The translations under genes were made by a program, and so were the position numbers. Under the pieces are notes generated by a model that had not been told where the DNA came from, did no database searches, and saw only the letters and a program-made list of their open reading frames with translations. From Squalus acanthias (lineage: Eukaryota), in NCBI GenBank assembly GCA_030390025.1, contig CM059431.1, positions 128,280,001 to 128,344,000 of the forward strand: a stretch of DNA of 64,000 nt, in the 5' to 3' direction. Shown here piece after piece: positions 48,107 through 61,250 of the stretch (positions within the stretch are counted from its first letter, which is position 1; every line of letters begins with the position of its first letter).

Positions 48107-49262
48107 ATGGGTGCTTCTTATGCTGTTTTACTTTGGACCTCAGATGAGGACCAAGATGACCAGCAGCATCAAAAGCACCACCAGCAGCAGCAGGAGCAGC
48201 AGGAAGAGCACCAGCAGGAGCATCAACAGCCTGCTCCTCACAGACCTGCTGCTCCACAGCGGAGAGGTGCAGCTTGCAGGAGGCCATACCTGCAACACAG
48301 GGTGTACAGGCAGAGGATAAGATTCCTCAACATGTCGGAACACCAGTGTCTCAGGAATATCAGGGTCTCACGTCAGGTGCTGGCAAACATTTGCAGCCTG
48401 CTGGGACAAGACCTGCTGCCAAATGGACCTGGTGGCCACGCTTTACCAGTGGTTGTCAAAGTCATCACCGCCCTCAACTTCTTTGCCCCTGGCTGCTTCC
48501 AGGGCTCTGCCGGAGATATTTGCAGGCTCTTGCAGTCAGCGGCCTACAAATGCATAAGACAATTGACTGATGGATTGTTTGCCAGGGCAGGGAATTATGC
48601 CAGTTTTGCTACTGATGTTGCCAGTCAGAGTGAGTGGGCGCTCGGGTTTGCTGCTCTAGCTGGCTTCCCACAGTTGCAGGGTGTCATTGACAGCACGCAT
48701 GTGGAAATTAAGGCAACCACATCACCCAAGAGTATTCATCAACCGCAATGGCTATCACTCCATCAATGTGTAGCTGGTGTCCAACCACAAAAAGATGCTT
48801 ATGCAAGTATGCTTGCGTGCTATGGCAGTCCACCCTCCCTGATCTCTTCACAACTCGAAGCAGACTTGCTGGCTGCTCGGAGACAAGGGATACCCAATTA
48901 AAACGTGGCTGATGACACCCAACCAATGAGGCCCAGTTGCAATACAATGAAAGCCATATGACAGCGAGATATGTCATTGAGCAAGCCATCGGTATGCTGA
49001 AGATGTGCTTCAGATGCCTAGACAGATCTGGAATAGCACCCTTCAATACGTCCCAGCCAGGGTCCCCAGAATGGTCATGTTGTACTGCGCTCTGTACAAC
49101 ATTGCGCAGCAGCGAGGTTTGGACCTGCAGGAGGAACAAGGCGCAGAGCACAGAGCGTCTTCGGAGAATTCTGAGGAGGAGGAAACGGAAGGTGTTATGA
49201 CCAAGGCACCAGCTGTGGCGCACCTTGCTGCTCGGGATGCCCTCATTATTGCGAGGTGATCT
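48107..49262 (+). pseudogene. HARBI1-like transposase, frameshifted
   Basis: LPVVVKVITALNFFAPGCFQ, AGFPQLQGVIDSTHV, IEQAIGMLKMCFRCLDRSG, CALYNIA. Confidence 0.88.
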
Positions 49263-49600
49263 TAAGTTCCACCAGTCCATCCATCTGACAGCCACATGTA
49301 AAAGCGACTTAACGCTGCCCTCCCTTCCCCCAACGCACAGCAGTCCTGCAAACAACCAAGCATCCCTTTCACAGCCCCCCATTGCTCAGCATCATTTCTT
49401 GTCTTATCACTCATCACAAGTGAAAAGACCACCTGCCAGGCAGCAATCAAAAATGGGCAACACGGGAAAGTGGTGGAAACAACTAATATTTATGTGTCTC
49501 AAAAATAAAACAGAAACTTACCAATCTAACATTGTGTAACACATCTACATACATACCCTTGTGCAACGACAAATCTTTACTCTTCCTCTTCCTAGCACTT

Positions 49601-51344
49601 CTACTTGGTGCAACCCTGTGGCTTCAGCAGAGGTAGAGGCAGGCTACTCAGATCCCTGCTTAGACTGCTGAGAAGCTCTTGGCCGATATCCTTTGGGTTT
49701 TGGAGCCCGTGAGGGCGCCGGCAAAGACTGCTCCACCTGACTCGGCCATCGGGATATGAGGCAGCATGTTGGGTACTGACTTGGGGGGTGGGGGGTGGGA
49801 GGCAACGGGTGAGAAGTGGAAGTGCTTTGAGCTGAGTCCCCACATCCATGTCCTCTTTCACCATCATCCCTCTCATGGCCCACCCGCACATTCCTGCTAG
49901 CAATGAGCTGGAGAGCAGTGGGGCGATGAACGGCCAAGGCTAGGTTTTCATGAATCCTATTTAAGGTGATATTCATAGTGTGCAAGCCATCGGTGAAGGC
50001 CTGCATGCACTTGTTCGATTGTCGCATTTCATGCTTCATGCAGGTGGCCACTCTTTCCATGGACAAAGACATCATTGCAAAGGCCTGTGACATCATGTCA
50101 CTCATGCTTGAGACGGACTCCTCCAATCTGTCTTCAAGCATGCACAGTGTGGCTGGAACGCCTGCCAGTACATCGCACATTCTTTGCTGCTGCTCCAGAA
50201 TTATCCTCTTCACTGACAGCCCCCGAAGTACAGCATCTGCGTACAGCTGAGCAGAGCTTGGAGCATCATGCGGCCTCCGACATGGACTCTCCACTGCTGT
50301 TTCTGTCTCCACCATCTGCTCTTGCTCACTTGTGACGTGTGAGTCACCAGGTGAAAACCCAACTATCTTCCTTACTGGTCCCACTGATGTATGAGTATCC
50401 GAGCTGGTGCATGGTCTGTATGAGTCCTGTGATGGTGCACCCTCAGAGTGAGTGATCTCCTCTGAGGACTCATTGTCATCCTACTGCACCACCTCCTGCG
50501 GGACACTTGAAGGCCCTGTGAGAGATTAAAGACATGAATTAGAACTGTCAAGGTAAGAATGTTTTAAGTGATCATTATGCACATGATCATATTTCATTCA
50601 CTGCTGACATCAAGCGACTGTCTGATATTTAATTCTGTCATCAGGTAGCTGGGAAGCCCCCATCACTCCATCTCTGATGGCCAAGCATACTGAGACTCCA
50701 CTGATGTCCAGCGCTTCCTTCTCTGCAGCTGTCAGTTGCGAGAGCGCTGGAGGGCCACCTCCGGTTCTATGTCTTTTCCTCATGTGCTATGCTCTCTTCT
50801 CCTGCAAGTAGGGAAAGAAGAGATCTATAAGTGAGATTAATGGCATGTGTTGAACAGATGATGGAGAGCATTTGTTGAGGGTGATTATGAGGGAGAGGCA
50901 TAACATTGAATAAAGATGTGTGTGATTGTCAGTGGTGGATGTGCAGATGGAGATGTGAGGAAGTGCATAGACAGAGAGGGATGGATGCACCTGCAAGGTA
51001 TGTTGGTGTGAGGAGTGATGTGCTGGAGTAGGCGTGAGGAGGCAGAGTGAGGGGGTTGGGGTGATACACTCATCAGGATGTAGGTGAATGTGCCACCCTA
51101 CTCACCTTTCCTGCCCTGCTTAGGTCATTGAACCGCTTTTGGCATTGAGTCCACCAGTGTGGCACCACGCTCCTGCTGCTGACCTCATGGGCAACCTCCA
51201 GTCACGCCTTCTTTGATTCACCTGCAGACTTCTTCCTCCCATCAGTGTCTAAGAGTATCTCCCTGCGGGGCCTTACAGCCCCCACAGCACATCCAGGGAG
51301 GCGTCACTAAGACGACGCGGAGCCTCTGAGCGTGTGTGCTCCAT
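49601..51344 (-). pseudogene. Harbinger Myb/SANT-like gene, three exons (exon 1 51344-51106; exon 2 from 50801; exon 3 from about 50515)
   Basis: MEHTRSEAPRRLSDASLDVL, QCQKRFNDL, gtgag donor, RTGGGPP in exon 2, coiled-coil-like ORF 49644..50384. Confidence 0.78.
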
Positions 51345-52714
51345 TCTGTTAATTCGCTGTGTTCTGCTCCCAACTCCAGAATCCATCAAATTTCATGTTT
51401 AGAGTGTCCATTTAAATACTGGAGTTGAAATCGACTCATGTGGGTTGCCATCACACCCACTCGACCTAGTTGGTCGGGAAACTCGGAAATAATACGGTAA
51501 TGCAGTGGCTGGGTTATAAAGCCACTGACAGACGTGCTGCACTTAAATCCGGGTTCCCTGCGCGCTACGGGACCCTCGCCCCCCCACTCCCAGCACGTTG
51601 GCATGTTAAAATCCAGCCCATTAAGTCTCGGGGGGGGGGGGGGGGTTGCATTTCCACTATTTTAAAATGGAATGTATTGGAATGGTGATCCTCCCCCTGC
51701 AGTACCTTAAATCATACCATTATTAGGAAATTGGATTACAGTATTTTTTGGCATATACGTAGTTTGTAGCATTGAATATAAGATTGTGAATATAGAAACA
51801 TTACAATATAGCAGCTAATGTAATGGAGTTAGCCACCTGTTCTACACATAATCAGTGCTCATTGCTATCATGAAGATATAATTATACTACTGCATATCTC
51901 ATTTGAAAATTCATATAAATGAAGGGTTATGGAAATGAAGGGTTATCATCAAAAGTGGCTCAAATACTGTAATTTTTTGTGCTTATTCTGGGTTTATTAA
52001 TTCTCTGTAGTAATATCTTTAAAAAGAACTTGAATTACTTTCAGAAAGAAATAGGAGGTACTTGTAGAGACAGTATCGAGAATATATAATTGATTTAAGC
52101 ATCACTGACATTTCCATTCTTTCTTTCTCTATTGGGAGGTGAGGATCTCAGTCCCTTTGATTGAAACAGTTTCCACTGTTAGAAATAGAATTAATGAAAC
52201 ACTATCACCAAGATCTGAAGCTATTAATGAGCCTGGATATTTTAAACTCTTCAACAATCAATAAATAAGGAAAACAAACACCCCTGGCTTGTTCTTAATC
52301 CCTGATAGGCATTGAACAGAAATACCTGTAAGGTTTTCTTGACAGTGCCAGATCATTATGGCATTGAGTCAGAGTAAGTAGGATCAAGATGCTATGCTTT
52401 GATTAAATTACAATAACTTTGTTAGCTATTCTCTCCCTAAAACATCTTGTTCTCAATCATTTATGTTATGAAACAAATACATTGTACTCTACTTTCCACA
52501 GTGGATTTGCAATACCTGCTCAAGATGTAAATACTTTATTTATCAGTTTCTACTTTCTTCTTCCCTTCTCAAATCTTTGTTTCTTTTCTCAGATTATGAA
52601 AGATATTTCTGTCCCATTTAATCCCACAGTGGATTCTTGCTGAAACTATCATTGGTGTAGCATTGCCCAGGAAGGTTTTCCCACCATTAAATCTCATTTT
52701 ATTTAATGGCTTAG

Positions 52715-54045
52715 AAGCATAGAATCATAGAATAATACAGCACAGAAGGAGGCCATTCGACTCATCTTGCCTATGTCGACGCTTTGAAAAAGCTATTCAA
52801 TTACTCCCACTCCCCTGCTCTTTCCCCATAGCCCCACAATGTTTTTCACTTCAAGTATTTATCCAGTTCCCTTTTGAAAGTTATTATTGAATCTGCTTCC
52901 AGTGCCCTTTCAGACAATGAATTGCAGATCATAACAACTCGCTGCGTAAAACATTTTTTCCTCATGTCGCCTCTGGTTCTTTTGCCAATTACCTTATATT
53001 TGTCACCTCTGGTTACTAACCCTTGTGCCACTTGAAACAGGTTCTTCTTAGTTCCTTTATCAAAATCCTTCATGATTTTGAACACCTCTATTAAAGCTCC
53101 CCTTAACCTTCTCTGCTCTAAGGGGAAGAACTTCAGTTTCTCTAGTTGCTCTGTAGCAAGAAGTCTTTTGCTGATTAAGATTGGCTGTCATTATGCTTGA
53201 CCGAAAGCTGTGTTGCTGGGCAAATTCCATAATCAACAGAACTGCTGCAGTTGCAAGCTATTCACAGATAAGGAAGTAAACAATGAGGTGTTGCAAGACA
53301 AACTTAATTAAACAATCGAACGGTCTCAAGGACCCCTGACTGAATGAAGTAAGCCAACGTGTGCGACAAACTGATTTAAACAATGACAGAAAACGTCTCG
53401 AGGACCCCATACCGAATGAAGTAAGCTGACGTGTGCAAAACGTTATCTGGTGGAAAAGTACCAGAACCAACCCACAGATTTGGACACATGCCAAGAAAAG
53501 CATATAAAAGGGGAGAGTTAACAACCAGAAGGGGCTGCTGTCGGGAGGAGGTGGCCTGGCCAGTCATCTCACCTACGAGGATTTGACTGCAGTCAGAAGA
53601 GGGGTGTGACTTGGTCGGTCGGCCCAAAGAACCTACAATCAACACAAACTGACCATCCGTGGGTGATCGTATGTATTATCCTATCCACAGCATATGTTAG
53701 TGGTGACGGGCATTGTATTGCAACCAGTTTAGTTTTGACATTGTATTGTAACCTTTGATCTCTGATGTCTCAATAAAGTTGAGTTAAGTCGAAATCCGCG
53801 TTTGTGTCAATTGCTCACTTATAATCCTCGGGTCAGAATCTTAAACCCATGACGTCCCGAAAGGAAACGTCTTACAGCTCCATGTAACTAAAGTCGCGCA
53901 TCCTTGGTACCATTCTAGTAAATCTCCTCTGCACCCTATTTAAGGTCTAGACATTGTTCCTAAAGTGTGGTTCCCAGAATTGGACACAGTACTCCAGCTG
54001 GGGCCTAACCAATGTTTTATAAAGGTTTAACATAACTTAACATAA
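52715..54045 (-). mobile_element. CR1 3' fragment split by a solo LTR
   Basis: ORF 52846..53085 (FTQRVV..FKRELDKYLK); RPQLEYC DNA near 53990. Confidence 0.82.
53152..53876 (+). mobile_element. Solo LTR, 725 bp
   Basis: TGTA...TACA ends; 4-bp TSD gctc (53148-53151, 53877-53880); TATAAAA near 53503; AATAAA near 53772; internal duplication of about 70 bp. Confidence 0.88.
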
Positions 54046-54049
54046 CTTA

Positions 54050-56350
54050 AATAATTCTAGGGAATGTAGCCGGGCAAGTGGTAGAAGTATCTGTAGGACA
54101 ACATTTTGGTGACAGTGACCATAATTCGGTGAGATTTAAGGTAGTCATGGAAAAGGACAAAGATGGACCGGAAATAAAGGTTCTAAATTGGGGGAAGGCT
54201 GATTTTAATATGATAAGGCAGGATCTGGCCAAAGTGGACTGGGATCAGCTACTTGTAGGAAAATCCACATCAGAGCAGTGGGAGTCTTTCAGAAAGGAAA
54301 TAGAGTACAACGCCAACATGTTCCCGTAAAGGTCAAGGGTGGGACCAACAAGCCCAGGAAACCCTGGATGTCAAGGGATTTACAAGAATGGATTAGGAAA
54401 AAAAGGGAGGCTTTTGGCAGATACAAAGGACTAAAAACAGTGGAAGCCCTAGAGGAGTATAGAAAGTGCAGGGGGTACTTAAAAAATAAATTAGGAGAGC
54501 GAAGAGGGGGCATGAAAAGACATTGGCGGGCAAAATAAAGGAAAATCCCATGGTGCTTTATTAAGGGCAAGAGGATAACCAGGGAAAGAGTAGAGCCCAT
54601 TAGTGGCAATCTGTGTGTAGAGCCGGAAGAGGTAGGTGAGGTTTTAAATGAATATTTTGCATCTGTGTTCACTATGGAGAAGGACGATGTAGGCATAAAT
54701 ATCAGGCAGGGGGATTGTGATATACTTGAACAAATTAGCATTGAGAGGGAGGAAGTACTAGTGGTTTTAGTGGGCTTAAAAGTGGATAAATCCCCAGACC
54801 CAGACGAGATGTAACACAGGCTGCTTTGTGAGGCAAGGGAGGAGATTGCAGGGGCTCTGACACAAATTTTCAGAACCTCTCTGGCCACAGGGGAGGTGCC
54901 AGAGGATTGGAGGACAGCTAACATAGTTACATTATTCAAGAAGGGTATTAGGGATAAACCAGGGAATTACAGGCCAGTGAGCCTAACATCAGTGGTCGGA
55001 AAGTTATTGGAAAAATTCTGAGGGACAAAATTAGTCTCCACTTGAAGAGGCAAGGATTAATCAAGGATAGTCAGCATTGCTTTGTCAGGGGGAGATCATG
55101 TCTAACCAACATAATTGAATTTTTCGAGGGGGTGACTAGGTGTGTGGATGAGGGTAGTGCAGTTGATGTAGTCTACATGGACTTCAGTAAGGCTTTTGAC
55201 AAAGTCCCGCATGGGAGACTGTTGAAGAAGGTAAGAGCCCATGGGATCCAGGGCAATTTGGCACATTGGATCCAAAAGGGGCTTAGTGGCAGGAGGCAGA
55301 GGGTAATGGTCGAAGGTTGTTTTTGTGACTGGAAGCCTGTGTCCAGTGGTGTACCACAGGGATCGATGCTGGATCCCTTGCTGTTTGTAGTGTACATTAA
55401 TGATTTAGATATGAATGTAGGAGGTATGATCAGTACGTTCGCAGATGACACGAAATTTGGTGGAGTGGTAAATAGCGAGGAGGGAAGCCTCAGGCTACAG
55501 GACAATATAGACGGGTTGGTCAGATGGGCAGAACAGTGGCAAATGGAATTTAACCCTGAAAAGTGTGAGGTGATGCATTTTGGGAGGACTAACAAGGCAA
55601 GGAAATACACAATAAATGGTAGGGCCCTAGGAAGAACAGAGGATCAGAGGGACCTTGGTGTGCATGTACATAGATCCCTGAAGGCAGCAGGATAGGTAGA
55701 TAATGTGGTTAAAAAGGCATATGGGATACTTGCCTTCATTAGACGAGGCTTAAAATATAAGAGCAGGGAGGTTATGTTGGAGCTGTACAAAACGCTAGTT
55801 AGGCCACAGCTGGAATACTGTGTGCAGTTCTGGTCGCCACACTATAGGAAGGATGTGATTGCATTAGAGAGGGTGCAGAGGAGATTCACCAGGATGTTAC
55901 CTGGGCTGGAGTGTTTCAGCTATGAAGAGAGACTGGACAGGCTGGGGTTGTTTTCCTTAGAGCAGAGAAGGCTGAGGGAGGACCTGATTGAGGTGTACAA
56001 AATTATGAGGGGCCTAGATAGGGTAGATAGAAAGGAACTTTTCCCCTTAGTAGAGGGGTCAATAACCAGGGGACATAGTTTCAAGGTAAGGGGCAGGAGT
56101 TTAGAGGGGATTTGAGGAAAAACCTTTTCACCCAGAGGATGGTTGGAATCTGGAACTCACTGCCTGAAAGGGTGGTAGAGGCAGGAACCCTCACAACATT
56201 CAAGAAGCATTCAGATGAGCACTTGAAACGCCATAGCATACAAGGCTACGGACCAAGTGCTGGAAAATGGGATTAGAATAGATAGGACTTGATGGCTGGC
56301 GCAGACACGATGGGCCGAAGGGCCTCTTTCTGTGCTGTATAACTCTATAT
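54050..56350 (+). mobile_element. CR1 LINE (end of endonuclease, RT, tail), with frameshifts and stops
   Basis: GDSDHNSV, NYRPVSLTSVVGK, YMDFSKAFDKV, TFADDTK, RPQLEYC. Confidence 0.92.
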
Positions 56351-56369
56351 GACTCTGTCTGTGACTCTA

Positions 56370-58000
56370 TTTCATCTAGCATGTATCTGCCTATTTCACC
56401 AGTCTTTTTATGTCGTCTTGAAGTCTGTTACTATCCTCCTCACTATTTATTACATTTCCGAGTTTTGTGTCAGCTGCAAACTTTGAAATTATGCCCTGTA
56501 TACACAAGTCTGGATCATTAACATATATCAAAAAGAGCAGTGGTCCCAATATGGACCCCTAGTGGACACCACTGCACATTTCCCTCTAGTCTAAAAAACA
56601 ACTTCGCTAAGGCCATCCCCACGCCTCCACTACTTGCCTTCAAACAGCCGCCTAACCTCAGAAGTACCATCGTTCGCAGCAAATTACCCAGCTTTCAGGA
56701 TAACAGCGACCACGACACCACACAACCCTGCCACGGCAACCTCTGCAAGACATGCCAGATCATCAACACAGATACCATCATCACACGTGAGGACACTACC
56801 CACCAGGTACATGGTACATACTCATGTGACTCGGCCAACGTTGTCTACCTCATACGTTGCAGGAAAGAATGCACCGCGGCATGGTACATCGGCGAGACCA
56901 TGCAGACACTGAGACAACGTATGAACGGACACCGCGCAACAATCACCAGGCAGGAGTGTTCCCTCCCAGTCGGGGAACACTTCAGCAGTCAAGGACATTC
57001 AGCCTCGGATCTGCGGGTAAGCGTTCTCCAAGGCGGCCTTAGAAACACACGGCAACGCAAAATCATCGAGCAGAAACTGATAGCCAAGTTCCGCACTCAT
57101 GAGGACGGTCTCAACCGGGATCTTGGGTTTATGTCACGATACATGACGTGATCCAGACTCGAGTCGTCGTTGGCTTGTTCACAGATGTGATTCCCAGTAA
57201 AAAAGTAAAAATTTTAAAGTTTATCGTTTTACATACTGACTGCAGCTTTTGACACATTAGACCCCCTGTAACTCCACCTCATTGTCTCAGTTGTATCTTG
57301 CTATGTCTTTGATGTGGTAGCTTCCTGGCTGACCTGATTGCCTTTTGTCACACCTCGGCAGATAAACAGTCAGGATGATTAAATTTAGTCGTCTACCATT
57401 GTAAGGTACACATGCATTGTTCTCTATCTATATATGCTTTGGCGATTCTGTATCTCTTTACTTCACCCGACGAAGGAGCAACAGCTCCGAAAGCTTGTGA
57501 TTTCAAATAAAACTGTTGGACTATAACCTGGTGTTGTGCGACTTCTCATTTTTAAAAAACAACTGTTCACCACTATGCTCTGCTTTCTGTCCATTAGCAA
57601 ATTTCATATCCACGCAGCCACTGCTCCTTTAATCCCATGGGCTTCAATCTTGCTAACAAGTTTATTATGTGGTACTTTATCAAACACCTTTTGAAAGTCC
57701 ATATACACATTAACTGCACTATCCTCATCAACCCTCTCCATTACTTCATCAAAGAACTCAATTAACTTAGTCAAACTTGATTTGCCGTTAATAAATCCAT
57801 GCTGGTTTTCATTTATTCACCCATAGTTTTCCAAGTGGCAACTAATTTTGCCCTGGATTAAAAGTTTCCCCACCACCGATGTTAGGCTGACTGGCTTGTA
57901 GTTGCCGAGTTTAACCCTCTCCCCTATTTTGAACAGAGATTTAACATTTTCAATCTTCCAGTCCTCTGGCACCACTCCCATATCTAAAGGCAGATTGCAA
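56370..58000 (-). mobile_element. Older CR1 RT fragment split by a Penelope element
   Basis: ORF 57817..58071 (VPEDWK, NYKPVSLTSVVGK); KFAADTK-like DNA near 56470. Confidence 0.75.
56604..57552 (+). mobile_element. 5'-truncated Penelope-like element (GIY-YIG and tail); hammerhead core mutated (CCGACGA) at 57463-57500
   Basis: ORF 56540..57151: VVYLIRC..C..WYIGET..R..H..GLN; 12-bp TSD taaaaaacaact (56592-56603, 57553-57564). Confidence 0.92.
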
Positions 58001-58244
58001 GATTGTCGCTTAAACTGTATTAAACTGTAAAAATAATGAAGGCCTGGAGTTTCCTCCAAATTACTACCCATTTTGGGGCATATTTGGGGGGGTAAGTGGA
58101 GTAAAATGGGTTCTCAGAGGCAACTGCCTCAGATCCACTGCAAGATATCAGCAACTGAATTATCCTTCCAAACAATTGCTATTCCCCTTGAAGGCTTCCC
58201 AGGAGCCCGATCCACCTCATGTGAATGTGGTCAAACAGTAGAAA

Positions 58245-58455
58245 AAAGAAAGGATTTGCATTTATAGAGCACCTTCCATGACCTCAGGACATCCCAAATC
58301 ACTTCACAGCCAATTAAGTCGTTTTGAAATATAGTCACTGTTGTAATGTAAGAAATTTGCACACAGAAAGGTAACACACACAGCGATGAGATAAATGGCA
58401 AGGTAATCTGTTTTTGGTGATTGAGGGATAAATGTTAGCCAGGGCAACAGGAGAA
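58245..58455 (-). mobile_element. SINE/L2-type 3' tail fragment
   Basis: aaagaaaggatttgcatttatagagcacc...tagtcactgttgtaatgt, the same motif as at 28520-28630. Confidence 0.6.
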
Positions 58456-59289
58456 GCCTTTGATTATATACATTCCTTGTTTTTATGATATTTTAATAAG
58501 CTTTCCTGAAGACAGTTTTCCTCACTAAGTTTTATTTTGACACATTCTACAGAGCAGAAATACAAATAATTGTGAGATTTGATTTGAGCATTGCAGGCGT
58601 TCTTCTGTAAATGGCTTCATAGTTTGGTAATACTATTCAAAGTCCAGCGGATTGCAATGTTTAGCATTTTTATTACACTGGGATTTTTTTTAGTTCTGTT
58701 AACATTATGCTATTATAGCAGCTTATGTGTTACATTTAACTTTCTAGCTCTGGTGCTTTCAAACTTATAACATTCAGACTTAAATCATGGATATATTTGC
58801 TCTTCAGCAATCTGCTACTTATTGTATTTTAGAACAAGTCTTTTTGATGTTGACTGATCTCTGCAAAATGTTTTAAATAATGGTTGTGACTGACAATGAC
58901 AGTAAAAAGCTAAGAGGGACCGTCAGAAGTCAGAAAAATATAAGCAACAGAGCAAATGCAATGAGACACTGTGGAAGAAATGTATGTGGCTCATCAAACA
59001 AGACACTCAACTCACTCTCAGCAGGTTGTAGAGCTGAATCAAGCCAGTAGTTACAGCATGCCTGTGACACTGAGTACACTGAACCTGGAAGGATTTTTTG
59101 TGATCTTGGCAATTATCTGTCACTAGTGTAACTTCAGCTGCAATTATATTACATAATCACTAAGAAACTGGTAGCTGTAGAGGGTAAATCACAACTGGAA
59201 ATATGTGGCTTATACTGTAGGTTGCAACTCACACTCTATCTGCATGCTTTTATGCAGGTGCAGAGCTCCATTGCCCTGTTGGCTATAAA

Positions 59290-60270
59290 AGAACATAAGA
59301 AATAGGAGCAGGAGTCGGCCATTTGGCCCCTCAAGTCTGCTCCGCCATTCAATAAGATCATGGCTGATCTTCTATCTCAACTTCACTTTCTTGCACTATC
59401 ACTATATCCCTTAATTCCCTTAATATCCAAAAAATCTATCGATCTCTGTCTTGAATATACTCCTGATGTGGAGATGCCGGTGTTGGACTGGGGTGGACAA
59501 ATGTGAGAAGTCGCACAACACCAGGTTATAGTTCAACAGTTTTAAAACTGTTGGACTATAACCTGGTGTTGTGCGACTTCTCACATTTGAATATACTCAA
59601 CGACTGAGCCTCCACAGCCCTCTGGGGTAGAGAATTCCACAGATTCACCACCCTCTGAGGGAAGAAATTTCTCCTCATCTCAGTCCTAAATGGCTGACCC
59701 CTTATTCTGAGTCTGTGACCCCTGGTTCTAGACTCCCCAGCCAGGGGAAACATCCGCCCTGCATCTACCCTGTCAAGCCCTGTAAGAATTTTGTATGTTT
59801 CTATTAGATCACCTCTCATTCTTCTAAACTCTAGAGGACATAGGCCTAGTGTACTGAATCTCTCATAGGACAATCCCCCCATCCCAGGAATCAGTCTGGT
59901 GAACCTTCATTCACTCCCTCTATGGCAAGTATTTCCTTCCTTAGGTAAGGAGACCAAAACTGTACACAATACTCCAGATGTGGTCTCACCAGGGCCCTAT
60001 ATAATTGCAGTAAGACGTCTTTACTCTTATACTCAAATCCTCTTGTAATAAAGGCCAACATACCATTTGCTTTCCAAGCTGCTAGCTGTACCTGCATGTT
60101 AACTTTCAATGATTTGTGTACAGGGACACCCAGGTCCCTCTGAACACCAACATTTCCCAGTCTCTCACCATTTAAAAAATACTCTGCTTTTCTATTTTTC
60201 CTACCAATGTGTATAACTTCACATTTCTCCACATTATATTCCATTTGCCATGTTCTTGCCCACTCACTTA
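59290..60270 (-). mobile_element. CR1 3' fragment containing an inverted Penelope-tail insertion
   Basis: ORFs 59556..59882 and 59891..60244. Confidence 0.88.
59463..59589. mobile_element. Penelope tail inserted as a spacer-less inverted duplication
   Basis: 46-bp arms 59498-59543 and 59544-59589 (one mismatch); TSD ttgaatatactc (59451-59462, 59587-59598). Confidence 0.88.
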
Positions 60271-60956
60271 GTTATGTTAAAGATTCAACAGTCTATTCGT
60301 GGGCGGGAGGTTTAACAGGTCGCCTTAGCACTTGTTAAACCTACATCGGACTGGACACGAGCCCAAGTGGTGTGAGATGGTTTCCTAGAGGGGTCTCATG
60401 CTACTTGGTCTAAGTACACTTGAGAGTCAGATCTGGACATGACACACGTGGTGGTAACTCTGGTGGAAAAGCTGTGGAAATTCCCGAAGAAACGCATGGA
60501 CAGCATTTAAGCCACTTTTCCAGAGTATCCATGGCTCTTCGGCTGAAGTTATGGCGGATGAGCAGGAGCACTCCGACAGAAATTCACCCTCATAGGAATT
60601 CACCTCCATGAATTACTCTGCCACTTTCGCAAATTTGTGTACCTGAGACTACTTTAATTCGTGTGAGGGAGGCAGTAGAACATAAAAGTGATATTGAAAT
60701 TAGAAACAACAATGTGCAGGCTTATTTACACATGACAGTTAAAGTATTTTTTGTCCATATATCTATGATTCCAATATCCACAGCAAATGGTTCACAGTGT
60801 CACAATGTTTGGAGAAATCAGGACTCTAAGTTTTTTAGTAGATTTTCAAATTGCTGCCCGAGCGTGAAACTGGTGTTGAAGATTGCCCAACACAATCTGC
60901 CTGATTTTCATTTCCATTGATTTCATGCCTGGGAAGCAAGTTGAAAATCTACCCCT

Positions 60957-61250
60957 ACTTTTTTTATTAATCCTCGAGATGTGGGCATCGTTGACAAGGC
61001 CAGCATTTATTGCCCATCCCTCGTTGCCCGGAGAAAGTGGTGGTGAGCCTTCTTCTTGAAATGCCAGGGGTTTAACACAACTGAGTGGCTTTCTAGGCCA
61101 CTTCAGAGGGCAATTATGAGCCAATCATGTCTGTGTGGGACTGGAATCACACACAGGCCAGACTGGGTAACGACAACAGGTTTCCTTCCCAAGATTAATG
61201 AATCATTTGGGCTATTTTCAATCATCCAACAGCTTCATGGACAGTTTTAC
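60957..61250 (-). mobile_element. 3' tail fragment of the second CR1/L2-supergroup family
   Basis: gatgtgggcatcgttgacaaggccagcatttattgcccatccct matches the tails at about 7980 and 20630. Confidence 0.65.

Larger units (their letters stand above)
47814..51619. mobile_element. Two-gene Harbinger element with a truncated left TIR
   Basis: Right end cgttggcatgttaaaatccagccc; left remnant attttaatattgtcaacg; convergent transposase and Myb genes. Confidence 0.82.

Noticed and set aside
52545..52660. Strong polypyrimidine tract and AG at 52591-52592 as a coding exon
   Set aside because: All three frames stop within about 50 nt and there is no good donor or recognisable peptide
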